Below, piece after piece: positions 1-11,799 of a stretch of DNA of 64,000 bases. Position 1 is the first letter of the stretch; each line of letters starts with the position of its first letter. Below the pieces are notes generated by a model, which had not been told where the DNA came from, made no database searches, and saw only the letters and a program-made list of their open reading frames with translations. Source of the DNA: Leucoraja erinacea (Eukaryota); contig NC_073415.1 of NCBI RefSeq assembly GCF_028641065.1, positions 11,842,001-11,906,000 on the forward strand, in the 5' to 3' direction. The position numbers and the translations under genes are program-made.

Positions 1-375
1 GTAACTCAGTGAAGAGAGACACACCAAATGCTGGAGTAACTCAGTGAAGAGACACACAGAATGCTGGAGTAACTCAGTGAAGAGACACACAGAATGCTGG
101 AGTAACTCAGTGAAGAGAGACACAGAATGCTGGAGTAACTCAGTGAAGAGACACACAGAATGCTGGAGTAACTCAGTGAAGAGACACACACCAAATGCTG
201 GAGTAACTCAGTGAAGAGACACACAGAATGCTGGAGTAACTCAGTGAAGAGAGACACAGAATGCTGGAGTAACTCAGTGAAGAGACACACCAAATGCTGG
301 AGTAACTCAGTGAAGAGAGACACCAAATGCTGGAGTAACTCAGTGAAGAGAGACACCAAATGCTGGAGTAACTCA
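1..375 (+). repeat. Minisatellite (33-35 bp, TGCTGGAGTAACTCAGTGAAGAGACACACAGAA) derived from the Penelope-related dispersed repeat
   Basis: About 11 units that run directly into a normal copy of the dispersed repeat at 361-412. Confidence 0.9.
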
Positions 376-2788
376 GCTGGACAGGCAGCATCTCTGGAGA
401 GAAGGAATGGGTGCACACACAGCCTGTTTACCTCCTGTCCAAACACATCAACTACTTTTTCCAAAGAGCTCAACTTGTAAAACTGTGCTGGAAATTAAAA
501 GCAAGTATTCCATTGGCCTTCAGGAGAACCGATGCAAATTCTCACCACAGCCTCATTACTGCAGCTCAGATCTTTTGGGAAATATTTGGCGCAGACTACA
601 AAACAAACTATAAAAAAAAGAAAGTTGCAGAGGCACCAAAATCGCTTTATACAAGACATTCAGTAGTACAATACAACGTCCTCCCTGCTGATCACTAGAA
701 CATATTAATGTATGACAGGCCCTTCAGCCCAAAATGTCTGTGCTGAAGAAAGGTCTCAACCCAAAACGTCACCTATCCCTTTTCTCCAGAGATGCTGCCC
801 AAACCACAGAGTAACTCCAGATTTTTGTGTCTATAATTCCAAGAAAAACTCCTAACTGCCTGCACGCGATCCATATCCCTCCATTCCCTGCATATGCATG
901 TGCCCTATCTAAAAGCCCCTTAAACACCACTATCGTATCTGAATCCACCACCACCCCTGGCAGCGCGTTGTAAGCACCCACATCTCCTTTAAACGTTGCC
1001 CCTCTCACCTTACAGGTATGCGCCTTGGTAGATACTTCCACCCTGGGGAAACGTTTGTGGCTGTCTATTGATTGGCACTGATGTCGCTGTGCAGACTTTA
1101 CTGACAGTCACTGCCTGGGTCTCAGGAGGCAGTGAAGGGTTAACCACTTACACCCTGTCATTGGTTCCCACGCCCACATTTACACAGAACCACAGCCTGC
1201 CCCCTCCCATCACCAGGGCCCTCCAGCAGTTTATTGTCAGATGGTGCACTGACATTCCTTGTTCACATCAAGCTTACAGATTAAACAATGTACATAAATA
1301 TTAAATACAATGAGGAGTGCAAAACACTGGAATGATGCAAGACGGTCAGTCAAACAACAAGCATTGCAATTTGTGTTTAGATTAGTTTAGTGTTATCATG
1401 TGTGCTGAGGTACAGTGAAAAGCTTTTGTTTGCATGCTAACCAGTCAAAGGCCATACATGAACATGAAGCCATCCACAGATAGAGCATAAAGGATACAAC
1501 ATTCAGTGCAGTATCAAGTCTGATTTAAGAAAGATCAGGTCCCCAGTGAGGTGAATGTGAGGTCAGGACCGCTCTCTAGCTGATTATTGAAGTTCACTAA
1601 TGGAATAACTGAAGGAGATAGAGTTCAGAGTAAGAGTATGTGGCAACCTACAGGTTCAGGAACAGTTTCATCCCTACAGCCGTTCGGCTATTAAACACAA
1701 CAACTTTAATTAACTCCAAGCTACATACACTATTATTGCCATTATTGCACTATTATTATTTATTTTTGTGTGTACGTATGTGTGTGTGTGTATATATATA
1801 TATAATCTATGTGTAGGAAAGAACTGCGGATGCTAGTTTAAATCAAAGATAGACACAAAATGCTGTAGTAACTCAGCGGGACAGGCAGCATCTCTGGAGA
1901 GAAGGAATGGGCGACCTTTCGGGCCGAGACCATTCTTCAGACATTATAGATATATAATCTATAAATATATGTGTATTTGTGAGTATGTTTATATGGGCAC
2001 ACACTGAACCTTTCTCTCTCATCTATTATATTGTTTACAGTGTATTATCTTTACATATTCTGTTGTGCTGCAGCAAGTAAGAATTTAATTGTTCTATCTG
2101 GGACATATGATTCCCCGCCTGTAACCGAGCATCCCCCTTGGTCTAGTACGTCAATGAAACAATCTTGACTCTTGGTCCAGGGGCTGAGTGAAGAACTTAT
2201 TCCACACCATTGACGGCAATGAAACAGTGTCAAGTTGCATGACTGTGCCTTTATAAATATGGGTCAAGGTATTAATAATTAGCAAAATAAGGGAAGTATG
2301 TATGTGACTTCATAATGAAGACTAAATTATACCAGTATGTTAATTTATTCTTGTGCTCCTGAACCTGCTGCTCCAGAATTGTAGATGGTGCTTTTATATT
2401 TCCTGTGTGTGCTGAGGTTGTGTAATCGTTCTAGGTTAAACAGGGAGTCAGTCTGAAACACACAGAACGCTGGAGTAACTCAGCGGGTCAGGCAGCATCT
2501 CTGGAGAACATGGATAGGTGACGTTTCAGGTTGGGACCCTTCTTCAGGGGCCTGGAATAGGTCAGCCATGATCACGTTGAGTGATGGGGCAGGCTCGATG
2601 GGCCGAATGGACCCACCCTACCCCTACGGTGGGTTCTTGAGTCCATTCCACTTCCAGAACATTCCAAATCACTACCCTGCCAATCATTATCCTGTATCTG
2701 TACACCATGCAGAGTTCGATTGTAATCATGTATTACCTCGGTATACGTGACAAAAAACTAAACTGAACCAAACCAAACCAAACATAAT

Positions 2789-2865
2789 GAGTCTGAAGAA
2801 GGGTCTCGGCCCGAAACGTCACCCATTCCTTCTCTCCAGAGACATTGCCTGTCCGCTGAGTTACA
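2789..2865 (+). mobile_element. Penelope-like-element-derived repeat with minimal hammerhead core (representative copy)
   Basis: CTGAAGA-A-GGGT(CTCG)GCCC-GAAACGTC followed by the conserved tail ACCCATTCCTTCTCTCCAGAGA...GCTGAGTTAC. Many other copies occur in the window. Confidence 0.7.
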
Positions 2866-2949
2866 GCTCAGCGCTGTAATGGTGGATACCTGGCAACAAA
2901 CCCACACACATCATGCTGACTAGATCATCTATTCAGTGAGGCTTACATA

Positions 2950-3420
2950 AGATCATAAGGGATAGGAGTACAATTAGGCCATTCGGCCCATCAAGTTCAC
3001 TTCACCATTCAACTGTGGCAAATCTATCTTTCCCTCTCAACCCCATTCTCCTGCCTTCTCCCCACAACCCCTGACACTTGTACTCATCAATAATATATCT
3101 ATCTGTGCCTTAAATATATCGACTCATTTGGCCTCCACAGCCGTCTGTGGCAATGAATTCCACAGATTCACCACCCTCTGACAAAATAAATTCCTCCTCA
3201 TCTCCTTCCTAAAAGAATGCCCTTTAATTCTGAAGCTGTGTGCTCTAGTCCTAGACTCTCCCACGAGTGGAAACATCCTCTCCACATCCACTCTATCCAA
3301 GCCCTTCACTATTCTGAATGTTTCAATGAGGTTCCCCCTCATCCTTCTAAACTCCAGTGAGTGCAGCCCCAGAGCCCATCAAATGCTCATCATATGTTAC
3401 CCACTCATTTCTGGGAAATG
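2950..3420 (-). mobile_element. CR1 LINE 3' fragment
   Basis: ORF 3124-3342 [32 protein letters not shown]...[11 protein letters not shown] is a CR1 ORF2 C-terminus, followed by the CR1 3'UTR. Confidence 0.88.
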
Positions 3421-3711
3421 TCGCCCTATCCATGTTCTCACGAGAGACTGCTGTCCCGCTGAGTTACTCCAGCTTTTTGTGTCTATCTTGGTTTAAACCA
3501 GCATCTGTAGCATCCTTCCTCTATGGAGCCCGGAATTGCTTACAAATAGTCAGGGATATTCGGGCCAAAGAGCTTCTGGGAATAGGCACTGGGCCTTCGG
3601 GATCAAACCACTGAGCTCAGCATCGCGGGCTGCACCCATGGACAGCTGAGCCAGGCTGCTGCTTGCCAGGGAGACAGGGGAAGCAGCAGAGACCCTATTT
3701 CCTTAGCCCAG

Positions 3712-3948
3712 AGATTCTGCCTGACCCGCTGAGTTACTCCAGCACTCTGTGAAACGTCACCTATCCATGTTCTCCACAGTGCTGCCTGACCCGCTGAGGT
3801 ACTCCAGCACTCTGTGAAACGTCACCTATCCATGTTCTCCACAGATGCTGCCTGACCAGCTGAGTTACTCCAGCACTCTGTGAAACGTCACCTTTCCATG
3901 TTCTCCACAGATGCTGCCTGACCTGCTGAGTTACTCCAGCACTCTGTG
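3712..3948 (+). repeat. About 3.5 tandem ~66-bp units of the same Penelope-related repeat
   Basis: Repeated GCTGCCTGACCCGCTGAGTTACTCCAGCACTCTGTGAAACGTCACCTATCCATGTTCTCCACAG. Confidence 0.85.
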
Positions 3949-6889
3949 TCCAGCTGGGTGTCAGTGTCTGGGCAAAAGCCATGGATTCAAGCTCTGCATC
4001 ATAATTCCTAAAGAAACGATGGTACACCGTGACTTGGTAATTGAAGGGAACTGTAAACACATCTCTCTGCTTCAGTTTATTTTGAGAAATACTTTAGAAT
4101 TAAACCAAATTGAGGGCCTCCACAGCTTTAACATTTTAATTAGCATTTCATGTTGTTGTTAGCCTACAATTACCTCATTAAATCCACTCAAAAGGTTATC
4201 TGCAGATTTAATTCCATACATGTTTGAATGCCACAAAGCCAGAAGAATTAAAAGCAGAGTGAAATTAAAGGATTATGCCCTGCATAGATTTGCACATTAA
4301 AAAGCCACAAGGAAGGTATTTACGGTGGGAAGATCGTGCAGAGAGCCATGAGATGAACAAGAAGGGAACTGAGACTCTCTCTCGTCCAGTCAATAAACGT
4401 CACAGAGCGGAGATCACAACGATGACAGTAGTTATTGCTATTTCAGTTGAGTTTAGTTTATTGTCACGTGTACTGAGGTATATTGAAAAGCTTCTGTTGC
4501 GTGCTAACCAGTCAGCAGAAAATCTATGCATGGTTACAATCGAGCCGTCAACAATGTACAGATACAGGATAAAGGGAATAACAAGAATAATGTTTAGTAC
4601 AAGATAAAGTCCAGTAAAATCTGATCAAAGATAGTCCAAGGTAGACACAAATGCTGGAGAAACTCAGTGGTGTGGCAGCATCTATGGAGCGAAGGAATAG
4701 GTGACGTTTCCATAGATGCTGCCTCACCCGCTGAGTTTCTCCAGCATTTTTGTCTACCGTCGATTTTTCCAGCATCTGCAGTTATTTCTGATAGACCAAG
4801 GGTCACCAATGAGGTAGTTGGTAGTGTATGAAGGAACTGCAGACGCTGGTTTAAACCGAAGATAGACACAAAAAGCTGGAGTAACTCAGTGGGCCAGGCA
4901 GCATCTTGAGAGAGAAGGAATGGGTGATGTTTCAGGTCGAGGCGCTTCTTCAAATGGTAGATGGTAGGTCAGGACTGCTCTCTACTTGGTGAGAGGATGG
5001 TGCAGTTGCTTATAACAGCTGAAACTGACCTTGACCGTGGTGATGTGTGTTTGGCAGTAGTGTATTGGTGGTTCCCAGGTACCTGGGCTTCATTCATCAG
5101 TCTGAAGAAGGGTTTCGGCCCGAAACGTTGCCTATTTCCTTCGCTCCATAGATGCTGCTGCACCCGCTGAGTTTCTCCAGCATTTTTGTCTGCCTTCTTT
5201 CTTGCATCCTGAGGACCTGTGATTGCCTCACGTGCCTCTCCCTTCGATCACACCTGTCCTACTCACCTGAGCACATCACCAATACCGAGAGAGAGCACAG
5301 TTTCAGGGGCCATCGTCCTTTAGGTTAGACTTAATTTCAATCTGCCTCTCAAGCAGGAACCATTATAAAATACATTTGGACAGTTACATGAGCAGGAGAG
5401 ATTCAGATGGAAATGGGTCAAACAAAGACAGGTAGGACTAGTGTAGATGTGGCATGTTGGTCGGCATGGGCAGGTTGTGCCAAAGGATCTGTTTCCATGG
5501 CAGTGCAAGAGGTGGTCTGTGGTCGAGATCTCTGCTCGGTGACATTTATTGACTGGACGAGAGAGTCTCAGTTCCCTTCTTGTTCATCTCACGGCTCTCT
5601 GCACGCTGTCGAGGTGGGATTAGGGTCGTGTGGGTCGGTGCAGGAAGCTGATTTTGCGTTCACATTTGTGGAACTCTCTCTGCATGTTGCGTGTACATCG
5701 TGAGTGTACACGGGGCGGTATATTCTGGGATGTTGTGAGCTGGTGAAAGGTGCGGTCTCTCTCATTACTTGACCAGAATTAAAGTGTAGTTTTTGGTTGG
5801 CACAAGAGGTGTACACGGCTGGCTTTATTCTGGTCTACACTACAAAGTGCTTGCTAATCATTGCACATTTCATGGCAGCTAACATCTGCCTTTTATTACA
5901 GCCTGCATGTAACTATTATCCATCATTAGCCAATGCAAAGTAGTCACTAATGGCAGTTTATACTGCTTGTTTGGATACAAACAACTGCCTCTGATGCCTC
6001 ATTATCCAGCGGAATTGTTGCAACAGCCCAGGATTCATTGAGGTGGGAGAGGATGGGGGGAGGTGGGGCTGGTGAAAGTATCAAACACACTACGCTAGCA
6101 ATGATAGTGTTTCACCAACAATTATAATTATATAACACCTTGTTTCACCTGCATTTATATAACACCTTGATCATCCCAGCAAGAGAATTCCAGAGCTACA
6201 TACATGAAGGAATGAAAAATTGAGCCATGTATATGATGCCTGGACTGGACATATATATAGAGGCTGAGAAAGGCAGGGACATGGAAAGCCTGGAGTCTCG
6301 AAACACCAGCTTCAGGAACAGATACTTTCTTACAACCATCTGGTTCATGAACTGCCCGCACAATCCTGAATAAGAGTTGGGCTTGGCATCATACTCAGAC
6401 GGCATAGACATTGTGGGCTGAAGGGCCTGTTCTTGTGCTGTCCTGTTCTATGTTTTAAGGATGGCTCGGACAGAAATTCCCAGAATGTGATCAGACAGAA
6501 ACTAGAAAGCAATTTAAACAAAGACTTGCCTTTCATTTGAGGATGCAAATCACAGCCATGTGGATGTAGAGGCTGGTTTAATGTTTGGGCGTGGAGCAGG
6601 CTTTGTCAGGCAAGCAGTATCACCGCACCCCAACTGCTCTGGATATAATGACTGGAACCTGACTCGGCATGCCTGCACGGGTTAAGTAATACATCTCTGC
6701 AGCTCCCTTGTCCCGGAGACTGAGGGTGGTGGGTTCACATCCCACACCAGAGTCGACATCACAAACACCTAGGTTGATATTGCAGTTAGTTTGACACTAA
6801 AAGCTGGAGTAACTCAGCGGGACAGGCAGCATCTATGGAGACAAGGAATGGGTGATGTTTCGGGTCAAGACCCTTCTTCAGAAATGGCC

Positions 6890-7079
6890 CTGATCGCAGG
6901 TGAGTTTACCCTTGACTAAACTCGCAGCGAGGTTGTCACGAGGTCGTGGGTAGGTCATAGCAGGTCGTGATGCTAGTCGTAGGTAATCGTGGCATCAAGT
7001 AGGTCACGGTGTTTTTTCTAGCAAAATGTCCACGAGTAAAAAAGGTTGTGAATTAGGTGGTGAAAGTGGGACAGGCCCT
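6890..7079. mobile_element. Truncated PIF/Harbinger-type MITE (right end only)
   Basis: Ends AAGTGGGACAGGCCCT followed by TTA, the same TIR as the element at 28550-28779. Confidence 0.55.
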
Positions 7080-7135
7080 TTAGAGGGACTGCTTCATTCA
7101 GCTGTAAAACAGGGTTCAGCTGGCCCTCTATAGAA

Positions 7136-7380
7136 GGTGGCACGGTGCTGCAGCGGGTAGAGCTGCTGCCTCACAGCGCCAGAGATCCGGGATCGATGTC
7201 TATGGGGAGTTTGTACCCGGTATCATGTGGGTTTCCTCCGGGTACTCCAGTTTCTTCCCATATTGTAAAGACGTGCCAGTTTGCAGGTTAATTGGCTTCT
7301 GTAAATTACCCCTAGTGTGTAGGGAGTGGATGAGAAAATGGGAGAACATAGAACAGGTGTGAACGGGTGATCTATGGTCA
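7136..7380 (+). mobile_element. tRNA-derived V-SINE (HE1-like)
   Basis: Head GGCACGGTG..CAGCGGGTAGAGCTGCTGCCTCACAGCGCCAGAGA and central GGGTTTCCTCCGGGTACTCCAGTTTC. Confidence 0.8.
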
Positions 7381-8819
7381 GGAAGGAACTGCAGGTCCAG
7401 GTTTATACCAAAGATAGACACAAAATGCTGGACTAACTCAGCGGGACAGGCAGCAACTCTGGAGAGGAGGAATGGGTTACTAGACCCAGGACTGAAGATG
7501 GATCTTAACCCAAAGCATCACACATTCCTTCTCTCCAGATGCTGCCTGTCCTGCTGAGTTACTCCAGCATATTGTGCCTATGATCGATGGTTGGCATGGA
7601 CTGGGTGGGCCGAAGGGCCTGTTTCCATGCTGTATCACTGAAGTAAACTGAGATCCGTGGCCACGTCTATGAAGAACAGCCATCTCCAGTGTCATTGGCT
7701 TAGTGTGGGATTTCACTAACTGCTTTGTTTCCTCAAATACAACAGTAAAAACACCTCAAATGTTCCTTGTTTTCTGTAATAAAATGTGTTGGAATATCCT
7801 GAGTGTGAAGATTACGGCACAAACAAAATACCTTTTGGAATTATAACAATTTATCAACCCTCTCTGTGGACTGGTCTCAAGTTGTAATGTCACCTACTTC
7901 TTTTCTCCATAGATGCTGCCTCACCAGGTAAACTATTTATGTTCATTTCCTTTTGTAACGTTGCTGCTGAATCTCTCAGATATTCCACTCCGAGTGACAA
8001 TCTTCAATGCAAAGAGTTCTCCTCATTTCCACCTCATCCTCTCCCATATTTGTTAGTTATTTACTACCATAGTACCATACAGGTGTCAGGGGTTACGGGG
8101 AGATGGCAGGAGATGGGGTTATGAAGGAAAGATAGATCAGCCACGATTGAATGGCGGAGTAGACTCGATGGGCCGAATGGCCTAATTCTGCTCCCGTCAC
8201 CTGTAACCTTATGATGATAGAGCACCGTACCGATGATCTGAGGTCAAGGTTTCAAGGTCAGTTTATTTTCACATGCACCAATTAAGGTACAGTGAAATTC
8301 AAAGTCTATCTTCTCATCACTGGCTGGTCTGGGTCTGCCCAGTGTTTCTGCTTCCAGCAAAACCCCTCTAAACTTTGAGTATTAAATCTCAACGCCTTCT
8401 TTACACTGAAGATTGACCCAAAATACTGGAGTAAACCAGCGTCTGCAGTTCCTTCCTGCACCTTCTTCTCACTGCTGTCCCCCTCTACAGCAGTCCGCTG
8501 AGTGTCTCTATGCTGACTTTGTCTGTGATGTGGACGGACATTCATTGTTCTGGAGGGAACATAACTTTACAAATACACAATTTCCAGGGACTACAATGTG
8601 TTAGACCAAAGAGAAGACACTGCCCTCAACAGTTCTCCTGCAATGCTTTTGTCCTTTGTGTTTATCTGGGAGGTTTCCTGCCTTTTGCCCCAATTATGTA
8701 TCGACAGACAGTCATTCCGTGGATCGTGATGTCTTGCTGACTGGGATTTTGCACAGAATGATACGGTCCACACATTCACTGCCTCGTTACTGCATCGGGA
8801 GAGTCACAGGATCACCTCG

Positions 8820-9222
8820 CACACGTGCCCACACACGACACACATACACACACACATGTGTACACACATACACGTGCCCACACACATATACACACGTGCC
8901 CATACACGACACATACACACACACACATGTGTACACACATACACGTCCCCACACATACACATGTGTACACACATACACGTGCGCACACACACACACGTGC
9001 CCATACATGTGCGCATACACACATGTGCGTACACACACACATGTGCGCACACACATACACACATGTGCGTACACATACACACAATTGCTCACACCCACGT
9101 GGTCACACACACGTGCGCACACACATACTCACTTGCACACACACACACACACATACGCATGCAGACATACACACGCACTCACACACACACACAAACGCAC
9201 GCATCCCCAAACACTCACACAC
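8820..9222 (+). repeat. Degenerate (CA)n/(CACG) microsatellite
   Basis: About 400 bp of alternating purine-pyrimidine sequence. Confidence 0.95.
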
Positions 9223-11532
9223 AAATGGGAAGCTGACGCTGAACCACGGGAGACGTTAGTGAAGACAGCCACACGGTCACAATGGGAAGATTTACGGAAC
9301 CTCCAAAGAGATGTTAATTTCCTGGTACAGGTAGTTAAAGTTAAGAGAGGGTTTTGCAGACCTGAGTGTCAGTTCAAGGCAGGGCTGAAATTGGGGAAGT
9401 GATTCAATGGGGACAAGGCTCTCATGGACTCGTGGCACCAGAGGTATAAACTGTGGGGGAAAATGGCCGGTTTCCTTTATCATCGTTACTTTTTTGCTTA
9501 TCTTTCATTCATTTGTTTTATATCTCTCCAGATCACTGTCTATATCTCTCGTTTCCCTTTCCCCTGACTCTCAGTCTGAAGAAGGGTCTCAACCCGAAAC
9601 GTCACCCATTTCATCTCTCCAGAAATGCTGCCTGTCCCGCTGAGTTACTCCAGCTTTTTATGTCTATCTTCCCTCCACAGATGCTGCCTGACTCACCAAG
9701 TTCCTCCAGCACTTTGTGTTTTGCTCAAGATCCCAGCAACTGTAGTTCCTTGTCGGCTTTATAAATGCCAGCGTTTCTATTCTGAGATTGCATGAAGCTG
9801 CCTCATGAAGAAGGCATGAGATGGAGGATTTGATGGGACATCTGGATTACAACCCTGTCCTCCATTTCCCAATCAGGTTCAGCGTGTGGCAGCAACATTG
9901 TCTGCCGACATTCCTACACAATTTATTTTCATTATCTATTCGCTGGGACATTTCCCAGAATTTGTGGACCTGATACTTCAAAAAGACTTAATCAGCATTA
10001 AACATTTCCAGATGCACATCCCACCGACATCTTGCTCCGTAATGCTGAATCGCCACCAGCTTAAAGATGATTCATTCTAACCCCAACCATAAAACACCTG
10101 CTCTATTTCTTAACCAACAGCAAGGAGAAAGAGAATTTAGACACTAAATGCTGGAGTAACTCAGCGGGACAGGCAGCATCGACGAAGGGTCTAGAAAATA
10201 AAATGTATTTTACACACACGTACACCCGAAACGTTACCCATTCCTTCTATCCAGAGATGCTGCCTGTCCTGCTGAGTTACTCCAGCATTTTGTGACTATC
10301 TTGTTCAGTGTAGATATTGTGGGATAAAGGTCTGTTCCTGTGCTGCACTGTTTAATATTAAAATTCATCAGAGTTTTAATTAACGGCAGGAAAGGCTAAA
10401 GAGGCTCCTCTCCTCGAGTGTAAATACCTCCTATACGAGGCGCTTGGTGCTTTATCTGGGTGCTGGGGTAGAGGTCAGTGCAGCCGTGAAGGAGTAGAGT
10501 GCACCATCTGCATCAAGTTGCCAGGGAGCCAGGCACTGCCGGGAAGGGGGCAAGGCATCAAACAAGCTCCACATGCCGGAAGAGGCGGGTGCCAAGGCAT
10601 TCCGTGAGTAAAGGCCGAGAGGTTCCGAAGTGGAACAGTTCTGGAAATGTGCTCCTCACAATAAAATTAATGGCAGCTGTCATTGCCCCTAGCAACTCAG
10701 CTGTCGGTAAAACCCACTTACATCTCCAGATAAAGCATTTAATCATACTGCACGTAAACAGGCCCTTCAGCCCAACACATCAATGCTGACCAACATGCTC
10801 CAACTATATCCCATTTGCCTGCGTTTGGCCTAAACCTCTAAATCTTTTCAATCCATGTACCTGTCTAAATGTCTTTTAAATGTTGTTATTGTAGCTGCCT
10901 CAACTACCTCCTCTACCAATCTGTCCCATAGACCCAACACCCACCAGAGTCACTCGCCCCTCAGATTCTTATTAAGTCTTTCCCTTCTCACCTTAAACCT
11001 ATAGCTTCTGGTTCTTGGTTCCCCTACTCTGGGGGTAAAAGATTCACCATAACAATTCCCCTCATCATTTAATACACCTCTATAAAGGAGCAGATGAAGG
11101 GTGGAGGAGGCTGCAGATGTACAAGAAACAAAGCCATAGACAGAGTTGTCGGTGGGGATTATTGTTGGTTTGGTGTGTACGTGTGAGTGTGTATTTGCTA
11201 AGATCTAATATATATTTGTGTATGAACTTTTCTCTCTCGTTTATTATAATGTTTTGTGTACAATGTTTACATATTCTGTTGTGCTGTTGCAAGTAAGAAT
11301 GTCATTGTTCTATCTGGGACATACGACATTTACAATTACAGTGGGGTGAGTCAGACAAGAGACCTCCCTGCTGACACAAGTAGAGGGCAAGGCAGGGAGG
11401 GAGGGCCACGGTGCTGACAATATGCAATCCATGTGTAACCAAGGATGAATGAAGATTTCTGCGAGGGCAGGGCTTGTACCACGACAGCTGAGCGATTGTA
11501 CATCAGCAAGTTAATATTTAAGACCTGTAATG

Positions 11533-11538
11533 TTTATT
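11533..11538 (-). terminator. C19orf53 polyadenylation signal
   Basis: AATAAA on minus about 140 nt after the stop. Confidence 0.7.
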
Positions 11539-11676
11539 GACATTACAAAATCAATGTAAAATAAACAGTTTTTTAACATGTAAAGTGTCAGGGGTTTTGA
11601 GAAGGTGGTGTTTAACAACTGTTAACGTGGTTTTCTGTCGTTGCAATGATCCCCAGGGCAGCTGTGCCCTTCACCC

Positions 11677-11799
11677 CTACTGGTTAGCAGCCTGCTTTTT
11701 CTGGGGTACCTTCACGATGGTCAGTTTCTTGGCCATGTTGGAGCTGGCCTTCATGGTGATGTCATGCTCAATCTTGTTCCTGATAGCGACCTCCAGGTC
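11677..11799 (-). CDS. C19orf53: C19orf53 exon 3 coding part
   Basis: cag acceptor, TAG at 11679-11677. Confidence 0.92.
   Translation of the reverse strand, partial: DLEVAIRNKIEHDITMKASSNMAKKLTIVKVPQKKQAANQ

Noticed and set aside
1-375. CRISPR-like repeat and 155-aa ORF
   Set aside because: It is a minisatellite derived from a dispersed repeat, and the ORFs are periodic artefacts.
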